Virus record (IMG/VR): IMGVR_UViG_3300012953_000137
Span: 1 to 30,244 of that record
DNA length: 30,244 nt
Source of the DNA: a virus
Taxonomy: Duplodnaviria; Caudoviricetes
Strand: one strand, 5' to 3'
The notes beneath the pieces were generated by a model. That model saw only the letters and a list, made by a program, of their open reading frames with translations. It was not told the origin of the DNA and searched no databases. This document shows, one piece after another, positions 1 to 7,764 of the stretch. Each line of letters starts with the position of its first letter. Within the stretch, counting starts at the first letter, position 1. A program made the translations under genes and the position numbers.

Positions 1-822
1 CAGATTAGTCTTGCAAGTATGATGATGCATCTGAATATGAACAAGGCTACAAAACCAGATGGTAATATGGTAAGACATATGATACTAAATTCACTACGTA
101 TGTACAGATCAAAGTTCTGTGATGAGTATGGTGAGTTGGTATTGTGTTATGACTCCAAACACTATTGGAGGCGTGACTATTTTCCACAATACAAGGCTGG
201 ACGTAAAAAGACTAGAGAAGACTCCAATCTGGAATGGGATGCAATATTTGAATGTCTCAATGAGATTAAACAGGAACTAAAAGATATTTTCCCTTACAAA
301 CACCTAGAAGTATATGGTGCAGAGGCAGATGATATCATCGCTGCATTGTGTCTAGAACTTGAGTTTGACAACGGTAAGACATTGATCTTGTCTGGTGATA
401 AAGACTTTATTCAGTTACAGAAGTATACCAATGTAACACAGTATAGTCCAATCACTAAGAAGTTTGTTAATGGTGAAGACCCTGTGCAGTATCTAAAAGA
501 ACACATACTAAAAGGTGACTCTAGTGATGGTGTACCTAATGTACTATCGCCAGATCACACCTTTGTAGAAGGTATACGTCAACGTCCTCTTGGTAAGAAG
601 AAGATAGAGAAAATTATTTCTGATGGTTATCCTAATGATGAGATAGAGAGGAACGCTCAAAGGAATGAAAGACTGATTGACTTAACCAAGAGTCCAAAGA
701 ATATCTTTATAGATTGTTTAAAGGCATATCAAGAAGCACCAGAAGGTGACCGTAGCAAACTACTAAATTACTTTACACAAAAGAGGTTGCGTAACCTCGT
801 TGAATCCATAGGAGAATTTTAA
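1..822 (+). CDS. rnh: T4-like RNase H (5'-3' exonuclease, FEN family); N-terminus cut by window edge
   Basis: Frame open from base 1 (QISLAS...). Motifs YWRRDYFPQYKAGR, EADDIIA, ILSGDKDFIQL and KGDSSDGVPNVLS match T4 RNase H/FEN nucleases. Confidence 0.93.
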   Translation, partial: QISLASMMMHLNMNKATKPDGNMVRHMILNSLRMYRSKFCDEYGELVLCYDSKHYWRRDYFPQYKAGRKKTREDSNLEWDAIFECLNEIKQELKDIFPYKHLEVYGAEADDIIAALCLELEFDNGKTLILSGDKDFIQLQKYTNVTQYSPITKKFVNGEDPVQYLKEHILKGDSSDGVPNVLSPDHTFVEGIRQRPLGKKKIEKIISDGYPNDEIERNAQRNERLIDLTKSPKNIFIDCLKAYQEAPEGDRSKLLNYFTQKRLRNLVESIGEF

Positions 823-823
823 C

Positions 824-1321
824 ATGGCATTTGATACTTATACACCTCTCTTTTCAGAGATTTTCGAGAAGGTTGGTAAACTTAAAACTAAAAAAGAGAA
901 GGTTAGATACCTTCAAGACCATAACACCGATGCACTACGCATGGTTATTAAATCATCGTTTGATCCTAACATCAAGTGGTTGCTACCAGAAGGTAGTGTA
1001 CCATATGTGCCTAACGATGCACCAGAGGGTACAGAACACAATGTACTTTCTTATGAGAGTAGGAAACTCTACCACTTCATAGAAGGTGGTAATCCTACAC
1101 TAACACAGAACAAACGTGAGACAATGTTTGTACAATTGTTAGAGGGATTGCATGGGGATGAGGCAGAAGTTCTTGTTGCTGCAAAAGACAAGATACTACA
1201 CCAAAAGTATAAGGGGTTGTCCAATAATGTTGTAAAGGAAGCTTTCTTCTGGAATGATGAATATAAGGTTATTGATGATAATACGTATGATCAGGTGCCT
1301 GGGTCTGCTTCTGGTGCTTAG
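824..1321 (+). CDS. Conserved T4-like phage hypothetical protein
   Basis: 165-aa ORF with SD (AGGAG) abutting rnh. LPEG..PY and KRE.MF.QLLEGLH..EAEVL resemble the protein that follows rnh in marine T4-like phages. Confidence 0.7.
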   Translation: MAFDTYTPLFSEIFEKVGKLKTKKEKVRYLQDHNTDALRMVIKSSFDPNIKWLLPEGSVPYVPNDAPEGTEHNVLSYESRKLYHFIEGGNPTLTQNKRETMFVQLLEGLHGDEAEVLVAAKDKILHQKYKGLSNNVVKEAFFWNDEYKVIDDNTYDQVPGSASGA

Positions 1322-1383
1322 TGACATTTTTGCAACACAATTACCCTAAATACATTTAAATTCACTTTATTTGACATTTTCTA

Positions 1384-1412
1384 TTGACATATAATTCTGT
1401 ATATGGTATGAT
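1384..1412 (+). promoter_or_regulatory. Sigma70-like early promoter
   Basis: TTGACA(1384)-17 nt-TATGAT(1407) with extended -10 TG. Confidence 0.8.
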
Positions 1413-1436
1413 TAATCATAATCGGAAAGGAATTCA

Positions 1437-1925
1437 ATGCTTCTAGAGATAACAGGTTCGACAAAAAATGTGAGAAAACTCGTTGAGATCGCTGCATGGA
1501 ATTATGCAGAGAGATTGATGGGTAAGAGACTTATGAAGACTCTCTTCATCAAGATAGACTTGCATAGAACCCTTTTGAGTAAAGATGGAATGGAAGGTTC
1601 ATGCATATGGGACGAATGGGACGATCTAAAGAAGACTCCTAGAGACTTTCATATCGAACTTGATTCTACAATTAACATTAGAGATATACTTATCAACCTA
1701 GCCCATGAGATGGTTCATGTGAAACAGTGGGTTAAAGGTGAGATGTATGAATACGCTAATCCCAATGAAGTTAGATGGATGAAGACAAAGTATGACATGA
1801 ATGATATGGACTACTATGATTATCCTTGGGAGATTGATGCGTTTGGTCGCCAGTTAGGACTGTTCGTAAGGATGTGTGAAGAAACTGGTAATGGTGATAA
1901 CCCTAAAATGATGGAGAATGTATAA
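1437..1925 (+). CDS. Zincin-like metallopeptidase domain protein
   Basis: LAHEMVHVKQ (HExxH) plus downstream PWEIDA glutamate motif. Confidence 0.75.
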   Translation: MLLEITGSTKNVRKLVEIAAWNYAERLMGKRLMKTLFIKIDLHRTLLSKDGMEGSCIWDEWDDLKKTPRDFHIELDSTINIRDILINLAHEMVHVKQWVKGEMYEYANPNEVRWMKTKYDMNDMDYYDYPWEIDAFGRQLGLFVRMCEETGNGDNPKMMENV

Positions 1926-2161
1926 TGGGTAAAATGAAAAATTTCATGATGGACGAAGATGAAAAGTTTTGGTCATCTATGTCCGATGTGTGTGGTGAGT
2001 CTGAATCATGTGCAGAGTTTGTTTCTGTGATGATGGCAAAACCAGAAGTGGAGTCGGTGATTGCTATGAACGGTGGGTTGACTCCTTGGGTAGATTCCAA
2101 AGAGGAACTTGTTGAACAATTAGAGGACTCATGGAATGAGTTCTGGTCAAAATACGAATAG
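1925..2161 (+). CDS. Hypothetical protein
   Basis: 78-aa acidic ORF, SD GGAG, TAATG overlap with upstream gene. Confidence 0.65.
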   Translation: MGKMKNFMMDEDEKFWSSMSDVCGESESCAEFVSVMMAKPEVESVIAMNGGLTPWVDSKEELVEQLEDSWNEFWSKYE

Positions 2162-2170
2162 GAGAACTGT

Positions 2171-2719
2171 ATGAATATTATTGAATCTCTTATGGCGGGA
2201 CTTTTATTTTTAAATCCCGCCTATGCAGACACACAACCAAGCAATGTAGAGATTGCTCAAAAACAACATGCACAGTGTCTTGCAATGAATATGTATCATG
2301 AGGCAAGAGGTCAAGGTAGTGCTGGATTACTTGCCGTCTCCTCTGTAGTTCTAAACAGAGTAGCAGACAAAAGATTTCCCAACGATATATGTGAGGTTAT
2401 AAAACAAGGCCCCACCAGAGAGTCATGGAAGACTAAACAAACACCCGATCCTACAGATGCGGTGTTTTATCCTATTAGGCATAAATGCCAGTTCAGTTGG
2501 TGGTGTGACGGTAGAAGTGATGTACCAAAGGACAAAAAAACTTACAAAAGGTTATTGACAATAGCGAGTTCTATAGTGTATAATAAGTTTGATTTTGTCG
2601 ATATAACAGATGGTGCGACATTTTATCATGCAGATTATGTAACACCAGCATGGGCAAAGACTAAGAAGAAAACCGTGGAAATACAAGACCACATATTTTA
2701 TAGATGGGAAGTACAATGA
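2171..2719 (+). CDS. SleB/CwlJ-type cell wall hydrolase (Hydrolase_2) with signal peptide
   Basis: [38 protein letters not shown] and HIFY motifs; hydrophobic N-terminus ending AYA. Confidence 0.9.
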   Translation: MNIIESLMAGLLFLNPAYADTQPSNVEIAQKQHAQCLAMNMYHEARGQGSAGLLAVSSVVLNRVADKRFPNDICEVIKQGPTRESWKTKQTPDPTDAVFYPIRHKCQFSWWCDGRSDVPKDKKTYKRLLTIASSIVYNKFDFVDITDGATFYHADYVTPAWAKTKKKTVEIQDHIFYRWEVQ

Positions 2720-3024
2720 CATTTGATGAGTATCAAGAATTTGCAAGATCAACTGCAATCTACCCAGATGAATGTAAAATCACATATCCGACATTAGGAC
2801 TATGTGGTGAAGCAGGCGAGGTTGCAGAGAAGGTGAAGAAGAATATCAGAGATGGTAAGTCTCTTGAGGGTGTAGGTTTAGAGTTGGGTGATGTGCTGTG
2901 GTATATCTCTGCACTTGCTGATGACCTTGGTGTGACTCTAGAAGAGGTAGCACAAACGAATGTTGATAAGTTGCGTTCTAGAATGGAACGGAATAAGATC
3001 AGTGGGTCTGGTGACAATAGATGA
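2716..3024 (+). CDS. mazG: MazG-like NTP pyrophosphohydrolase
   Basis: [16 protein letters not shown] and ELGDVLWY motifs, ends GSGDNR; ATG 2716 overlaps the previous stop. Confidence 0.9.
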   Translation: MTFDEYQEFARSTAIYPDECKITYPTLGLCGEAGEVAEKVKKNIRDGKSLEGVGLELGDVLWYISALADDLGVTLEEVAQTNVDKLRSRMERNKISGSGDNR

Positions 3025-3212
3025 ATTGGTTGTTGGTTTTAACTGTATGTGGGCCCTTGAGTGTCTATGACTGCAAATCCCAAATAGTTTCTGTACATGA
3101 AAAGATAGAAGAGTGTACAGAAGCACAACTAAACTTAACCGATATGCCTATTGATGGTGATTGGAAGACTGTAATTTATGAATGTAAACTAAAGAATGGA
3201 TTGGAAACATGA
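3021..3212 (+). CDS. Small Cys-containing, putatively exported protein
   Basis: 63 aa, hydrophobic N-terminus, four Cys; ATGA overlap with mazG. Confidence 0.6.
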   Translation: MNWLLVLTVCGPLSVYDCKSQIVSVHEKIEECTEAQLNLTDMPIDGDWKTVIYECKLKNGLET

Positions 3213-3246
3213 ACGCTTGGTGGGACATTTTGAACGGAGATAATGA

Positions 3247-3774
3247 ATGAATATATTTTACCTCAACAAAGACCCTGTGGTTGCTGCACAGATGATGTGT
3301 GACAAGCATGTGGTTAAGATGATATTGGAGAGTGCTCAGATGCTTTCCACAGCTCATCGTATATCTAGTGAAGAGTATGCTACCGCAAAAGGACTGTACA
3401 AGATGGCTCATAAGAATCATCCTAGTACGATCTGGGTTCGTTCTTCTGATGAACATTACAAGTGGTTGTTTACACATATGATTGCTCTAATGGAAGAATA
3501 TACTTACAGGTATGGTAAACATCATGCTACAGAACGTCTTATTGAACCACTACGTACACTCCCCTTCTTCATTGACAAGAATGGTTTCGTTGATCCACCT
3601 CAATGTATGCCTGAAGAGTGTAAGGGGAATGATACTGTACTTGCATATCAAAAGTACTATATAGTAGAGAAGTCTGGTTTTGCGACTTGGAAACTGAGGT
3701 CTATACCAGAGTGGTGGAAGGATGGTTCAGATGCGAGAAGGTTATTGGGATTACATGGGGCGCAGGCTGCGTGA
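3247..3774 (+). CDS. Pyrimidine-dimer DNA glycosylase (DenV/endonuclease V-like family)
   Basis: MNIFYL..DP..AA...CDKHVVKMILESAQMLSTAH, H.NHPST.W and AY..YY...K motifs. Confidence 0.8.
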   Translation: MNIFYLNKDPVVAAQMMCDKHVVKMILESAQMLSTAHRISSEEYATAKGLYKMAHKNHPSTIWVRSSDEHYKWLFTHMIALMEEYTYRYGKHHATERLIEPLRTLPFFIDKNGFVDPPQCMPEECKGNDTVLAYQKYYIVEKSGFATWKLRSIPEWWKDGSDARRLLGLHGAQAA

Positions 3775-3964
3775 AGACGAGGAACAGTTAAGTATGAATG
3801 ACATGTGGAAGAAAGAGATTCAAGAAATGCAAGGTAACGTACATACTCTACAGTTGAGGGTTAAATCTCTAACTGAAAGAGTTCATGAGTTAACTTTAAA
3901 GGTGACATCGCTTGGGGGCGATCCTGATCAATTAGAATTGGAATTTAAGGATGTTACCAGATAA
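3722..3964 (+). CDS. Hypothetical coiled-coil protein
   Basis: 80-aa ORF with heptad-like C-terminal half; true start may be a downstream Met. Confidence 0.55.
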   Translation: MVQMREGYWDYMGRRLREDEEQLSMNDMWKKEIQEMQGNVHTLQLRVKSLTERVHELTLKVTSLGGDPDQLELEFKDVTR

Positions 3965-4046
3965 TACATTTGCAATGATTTTAGGTATTGCAGTTATAGG
4001 ACTCGTTATGTGGGGTTTTGTACAGTTAGGTGGGGGATTAAATTAA
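3951..4046 (+). CDS. 31-aa single-TM peptide (not in ORF track)
   Basis: MLPDNTFAMILGIAVIGLVMWGFVQLGGGLN*; fills the gap and its stop overlaps the next ATG (TAATG). Confidence 0.55.
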   Translation: MLPDNTFAMILGIAVIGLVMWGFVQLGGGLN

Positions 4047-4360
4047 TGCCGACATATACTTTTATTGATGAATCCATTGATGGTGGATTGGAATGGGATG
4101 AGATGATGTCCATTTCAGATAAAGAAAATTTTCTTAAAAAGAACAAACAAATTAGACAGGTTATAAAACCTGTTGCACTTGCTGGTGACCATATCATGGG
4201 CGTAGGCCCTAAAGTTGATGGTGGTTTCAATGAGAATATGCAACGTATCGCTGCTGCCCATCCCGGCAGTCCACTTGCAGATAGGTATGGGGGTGGAGAG
4301 TCACATAAAAGGATTAAAATTAGGGATGCAGTTGATAAATATAAAAAGAAGAATAAATAA
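4046..4360 (+). CDS. Conserved T4-like hypothetical protein (FmdB-like MPTYTF N-terminus)
   Basis: Start moved to ATG 4046 (MPTYTF...); RIAAAHPGS motif as recalled for the gene preceding phoH in T4-like phages. Confidence 0.65.
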   Translation: MPTYTFIDESIDGGLEWDEMMSISDKENFLKKNKQIRQVIKPVALAGDHIMGVGPKVDGGFNENMQRIAAAHPGSPLADRYGGGESHKRIKIRDAVDKYKKKNK

Positions 4361-4377
4361 TGTATAGTTTAGGCAGT

Positions 4378-4492
4378 TTGGTGCAAGCGAGAGAACATAC
4401 TTCAGCAAGGGATGTACTACATCTACGCAAGCTGGGAAGTCAATCCGCTTATGCATCAGAGGGGGGAATGACGCCCCCGGCTTTCCCCCCTC
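4378..4492 (+). ncRNA. Candidate structured RNA of unknown class (rod hairpin plus 3' GC stem)
   Basis: Nested complementary segments across 4379-4458 and a perfect 10-bp stem 4459-4468/4483-4492, downstream of late-promoter-like ATAAATA (4353-4359). Confidence 0.5.
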
Positions 4493-4526
4493 ACCTTATT
4501 TGTGATTTATATGAAAGAGAAGAACA

Positions 4527-5237
4527 ATGGCAACAAAGAAATCAAAAGAAATCAATCATAACAATCTAACTACCATCAAGGGTATTACAGATAACCAGAA
4601 GGTAGTTTTTGATACATGGAAGAAAGGTAAGAACCAATTTTTGTTTGGTTCTGCTGGTACAGGTAAAACTTTCGTTTCATTATATCTTGCGTTTAACGAT
4701 ATATTTGACTTGAAGAAACCTTATGACAAAGTTGTACTTGTCCGTTCACTCATACCTACTAGGGAGATTGGTTTTCTGCCTGGTGATGAGGAAGACAAGG
4801 CTGCACTGTATCAAGTACCATACCAGAACATGGTACAGTTTATGTTTGAACAACCCAATGAACAACAGTTTAATAGTTTATATGATCGACTAAAAGGACA
4901 GGGATCACTATACTTTCTATCAACTTCTTTTCTAAGGGGGTTGACATTTGACAATAGTATCATTATAGTAGATGAATGTCAGAACTTAAACTTTCACGAA
5001 TTAGATACAATTATCACTAGGGTAGGACAGGATTCTAAGATTGTATTCTGTGGTGACTTTGACCAGACTGATCTACAGAAACATAATGAGAAGAACGGTT
5101 TACATAGTTTCTTACGTATCCTAGAGGAAATGGATGAGTTTAACGTAACAGAGTTTACACTGGGCGACATTGTTCGATCTGGTTTTGTTCGTAGTTACCT
5201 TATCAACAAAACCAAATTAGGAATAGGAATGGAATAA
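4527..5237 (+). CDS. phoH: PhoH-family ATPase
   Basis: GSAGTGKT Walker A, IGFLPG, FLRGLTF, IIVDECQN, TRVG, GD..Q.DL and DIVRSG motifs. Confidence 0.95.
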   Translation: MATKKSKEINHNNLTTIKGITDNQKVVFDTWKKGKNQFLFGSAGTGKTFVSLYLAFNDIFDLKKPYDKVVLVRSLIPTREIGFLPGDEEDKAALYQVPYQNMVQFMFEQPNEQQFNSLYDRLKGQGSLYFLSTSFLRGLTFDNSIIIVDECQNLNFHELDTIITRVGQDSKIVFCGDFDQTDLQKHNEKNGLHSFLRILEEMDEFNVTEFTLGDIVRSGFVRSYLINKTKLGIGME

Positions 5238-5347
5238 TGAAATATATTTGCCCCGATTGTGGTCATATTCATGAAGGAGATGAACCACCTACAGAGGACT
5301 GCCCCATATGTGGTTGTCCCGCTGACGATTATGAAAAGGAAGACTAA
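5237..5347 (+). CDS. Minimal rubredoxin-like protein, 36 aa (not in ORF track)
   Basis: MKYICPDCGHIHEGDEPPTEDCPICGCPADDYEKED*; two CxxCG knuckles; TAATG overlaps at both ends. Confidence 0.85.
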   Translation: MKYICPDCGHIHEGDEPPTEDCPICGCPADDYEKED

Positions 5348-5790
5348 TGGATTTACAAGCATTAAGAGAAGAACTAACAGAAGACGAGGGCTGTGTATAT
5401 GAAGTATACAATGATCATCTTGGTTACCCTACTTTTGGTATCGGCCATCTTATATTGGACTCCGACCCAGAATACGGTTCCGACACCGGCACTGCCGTCA
5501 GTGAGTCCAGAGTCATTGAGGCCTTCGAATCGGATATCGTGGGAGTCCTGTCTGATTGCGAAACCCTCTATGATGACTTCGAGGATTTGCCAGAAGAGGC
5601 TCAGAGAATAATTGCGAACATGATGTTCAATATGGGCCGACCTCGTTTGAGTAAATTTAAAGGTATGAAACGTGGTGTAGACGCAAGGGATTGGAACGCT
5701 GCTGCTGATGAAATGGTAGACAGCAATTGGTATCGACAAGTAACTAATCGGGCTGACCGTTTAGTAGTGAGAATGAGGAGTATAGGTTAA
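5347..5790 (+). CDS. T4-type lysozyme (GH24 muramidase)
   Basis: DEG....Y.DHLGYPTFGIGHL (E-x8-D-x5-T triad), NMMFNMG, W..AA.EM.DS.WY.Q..NRA.RL. Confidence 0.92.
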   Translation: MDLQALREELTEDEGCVYEVYNDHLGYPTFGIGHLILDSDPEYGSDTGTAVSESRVIEAFESDIVGVLSDCETLYDDFEDLPEEAQRIIANMMFNMGRPRLSKFKGMKRGVDARDWNAAADEMVDSNWYRQVTNRADRLVVRMRSIG

Positions 5791-5792
5791 TC

Positions 5793-5975
5793 ATGGAAAG
5801 ACGACAAAGTGACAAGGTGTGGGATTATGATGCAATTGACAAACAACGTAATGAGGATTGGAACGGTATCCACAAACTCGTAACGGATCATGCAGTAGAA
5901 AAACGTGTAACAGCAGAAGAGATTGCAAAACGTAATTCTATCTTCTATAATCATAGAGAGATTAACAAACCATGA
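5793..5975 (+). CDS. Hypothetical protein
   Basis: 60-aa ORF packed in the operon. Confidence 0.55.
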   Translation: MERRQSDKVWDYDAIDKQRNEDWNGIHKLVTDHAVEKRVTAEEIAKRNSIFYNHREINKP

Positions 5976-6154
5976 TTGAACCAATTGCTCCGATAAATCC
6001 TGTATCGGTTTATTATGAAAATAGGATTAGTTATGAAAAGAAATGGGAAGGAACAATCTCTATAACAGAGACTCCCCATATCACATATGACAAATCTGGT
6101 AGACTTATCATAACACCAGATCAATCTTTTGCTTTAGGGCCAAAATATGTTTAA
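5972..6154 (+). CDS. Hypothetical protein
   Basis: 60-aa ORF overlapping both neighbours. Confidence 0.55.
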   Translation: MIEPIAPINPVSVYYENRISYEKKWEGTISITETPHITYDKSGRLIITPDQSFALGPKYV

Positions 6155-6875
6155 TCATTTGAATGTGGAGTTGCCCCCTATAACTGCAACAAATACTGAT
6201 GGTGTTCGTCTATATGAGACACCAGAAGGTAACAAGTATCCATCTATAACAACTATTCTATCTGTTCGGAATAAATCTGGACTGATGGAGTGGCGTAAAC
6301 GTGTAGGTGAAAAGACTGCGAACTACATTGCTGGTAAGGCTGCAGCTCGTGGTACTCATGTACATCATATGTGTGAAGACTATTTAAACAATGTGTACAC
6401 TAATTTTCCATCTGATTGGGAAAAACACAAAAAGAACTTCCTACCATATTGTCTTTTTACACAATTAAAGGATCAAGTGTTGTGCAATGTGAATAACATC
6501 CATGCACAAGAGGTAGGACTCTATAGTGATAAATATAAAGTAGCGGGTAGAGTTGACTGTATTGCAGAGTACAATGGTGTACTGTCTATTATAGACTTCA
6601 AGACTTCAACTAAAGAACGCAATGATGATTGGAATGAAAACTATTACATACAATGTTCTGCTTATGCAGAGATGTACGAAGAAAGAACAGGTACAGAGAT
6701 TAAACAGATCGTAATCCTATGTGTTACTGAAGATGGTACTGTACAAGAGTTCGTAAAAGAAAAGTTTAATTACCTTGACTTATTGGTGGAAACCGCTGAG
6801 GAATGGAGAAACCAAAATGAAACACCTAGTAGCAATAATGGCGGTGTTTCTGTTAATGGGTTGTCAAACCACTGA
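6147..6875 (+). CDS. PD-(D/E)XK exonuclease (Cas4/RecB-like) of T4-like phages
   Basis: YPSITT.L, RGT..H, AGRVDCIAEY.G..SIIDFKTS and Q..AYA.M motifs. Confidence 0.9.
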   Translation: MFNHLNVELPPITATNTDGVRLYETPEGNKYPSITTILSVRNKSGLMEWRKRVGEKTANYIAGKAAARGTHVHHMCEDYLNNVYTNFPSDWEKHKKNFLPYCLFTQLKDQVLCNVNNIHAQEVGLYSDKYKVAGRVDCIAEYNGVLSIIDFKTSTKERNDDWNENYYIQCSAYAEMYEERTGTEIKQIVILCVTEDGTVQEFVKEKFNYLDLLVETAEEWRNQNETPSSNNGGVSVNGLSNH

Positions 6876-7245
6876 TACTACTCCCAAAGACACATCGCCC
6901 ACTAAACCAGTAGAACACACTGAAGAGAAACCACAAGAGCAAGAGGGTCTTGAACCCAGTAAAGCAATGCAAGTAATGAAACCTATTTTCTGTGCAGATA
7001 TAGAAACTGTACATGAGGGACTCGAAACAAATTCAGAAGAGAAACCTCATATGATTTGGAAAGATGCAGTGAATGGTTACACTACAATGCTCTGGTTGAA
7101 TAGAGTGAAAAGGACGGTGACTGTAATGGAATATGCTGCTCCAGAGATGGGATGTTTTACAGCTGTGGGTATAGATTTACAAATCAATGATCGTAGTCAA
7201 AAAACTAAGGGTATGCCAATTTTACATCAAATGGGACTTGACTAA
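6817..7245 (+). CDS. Putative lipoprotein
   Basis: Start moved to ATG 6817 (SD GGAG); MKHLVAIMAVFLLMG-C lipobox followed by a disordered linker. Confidence 0.75.
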   Translation: MKHLVAIMAVFLLMGCQTTDTTPKDTSPTKPVEHTEEKPQEQEGLEPSKAMQVMKPIFCADIETVHEGLETNSEEKPHMIWKDAVNGYTTMLWLNRVKRTVTVMEYAAPEMGCFTAVGIDLQINDRSQKTKGMPILHQMGLD

Positions 7246-7268
7246 TAAACTAATAGATGGTATAAATA
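7238..7268 (+). promoter_or_regulatory. Overlapping sigma70-like and T4 late promoter for the tmRNA gene
   Basis: TTGACT(7238)-17 nt-TATAAA(7261); the -10 box lies within a perfect T4 late consensus TATAAATA (7261-7268). Confidence 0.8.
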
Positions 7269-7272
7269 AGAT

Positions 7273-7336
7273 ACAATTTGATGACACGAATTGAAGACTG
7301 AACTGGACGAGGGTGCAATTCCCTCCGCCTCCACCA
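7273..7336 (+). ncRNA. ssrA: Permuted tmRNA, acceptor piece (tRNA-like 3' part)
   Basis: GGAC, T-arm GAGGG-TGCAATT-CCCTC (7309-7325), acceptor strand CGCCTCC, discriminator A and encoded CCA ending at 7336; 5' end approximate. Confidence 0.93.
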
Positions 7337-7349
7337 AAAGGAGATTAGG

Positions 7350-7454
7350 ATGTTAAAATTTATCAAAAACCTTTTCACTAGAGTTAGTGGAAATTGCTTT
7401 GATGCAAACTATCGAAGGAAGTGCAATGCAGAATACGATGACCTTTGCATGTAG
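7350..7454 (+). CDS. 34-aa Cys-containing peptide inside the tmRNA intervening segment
   Basis: AAGGAG SD directly after the CCA; MLKFIKNLFTRVSGNCFDANYRRKCNAEYDDLCM*. Confidence 0.6.
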   Translation: MLKFIKNLFTRVSGNCFDANYRRKCNAEYDDLCM

Positions 7455-7474
7455 TTTCCTATTAGGGGATTCAG

Positions 7475-7591
7475 ATGAAGAACCCCTTAGTACGAGAGGT
7501 AAGTAAGTGGATGTTAAGAGCCTATATTCTTTGGAGTATTTGTGCAGACATAACCTTACTTGCAGGCATTATATACCTAGTCTTTTTTTGA
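7475..7591 (+). CDS. 38-aa membrane peptide inside the tmRNA intervening segment
   Basis: SD-like AGGGGA; MKNPLVREVSKWMLRAYILWSICADITLLAGIIYLVFF*; a single base separates its stop from tmRNA G1. Confidence 0.6.
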   Translation: MKNPLVREVSKWMLRAYILWSICADITLLAGIIYLVFF

Positions 7592-7592
7592 T

Positions 7593-7762
7593 GGGGGCGA
7601 ATTAGGATCGACAGGCAGAGATAGATGAGTCGAGAATTGTCGGATGACTGCGTTATTGGTCAATTTAGTAAATGCAAACGATAATTTTGCATCTCAAGAT
7701 TTTGCACTAGCTGCTTAATCGGATAGGGTTTCGGGGGTTTCCTAGTAACAGAATAACCCCCA
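7593..7762 (+). ncRNA. ssrA: Permuted tmRNA, coding piece; tag ANDNFASQDFALAA
   Basis: Starts GGGGGCGAA..GGATCGAC; GGGGGCG pairs with CGCCTCC (7326-7332), giving the G3.U70 Ala determinant. Tag frame 7674-7718. 3' hairpin GGGGGTT..CCTAGTAACAGAAT..AACCCCC resembles alphaproteobacterial coding pieces. Confidence 0.93.
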
Positions 7763-7764
7763 CT

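Noticed and set aside
3209-3250. 13-codon [16 protein letters not shown] bridging two genes
   Set aside because: It overlaps both neighbours by ATGA, but is too short to support from sequence alone.
4360-4569. 69-aa ORF in the track
   Set aside because: Runs through GC-rich stems, has atypical composition and overlaps phoH by 43 nt; better explained as structured RNA, although the TAATG overlap means it is not fully excluded.
6147-6875. cas4 gene of a CRISPR system
   Set aside because: It is the common T4-like phage PD-(D/E)XK exonuclease; the C-terminal Cys cluster of Cas4 and any array are absent.
7294-7336. Stand-alone tRNA-Ala or integration-site remnant
   Set aside because: No D or anticodon arm upstream; the matching 5' acceptor strand and tag frame are at 7593-7718, so it is the tmRNA acceptor piece.
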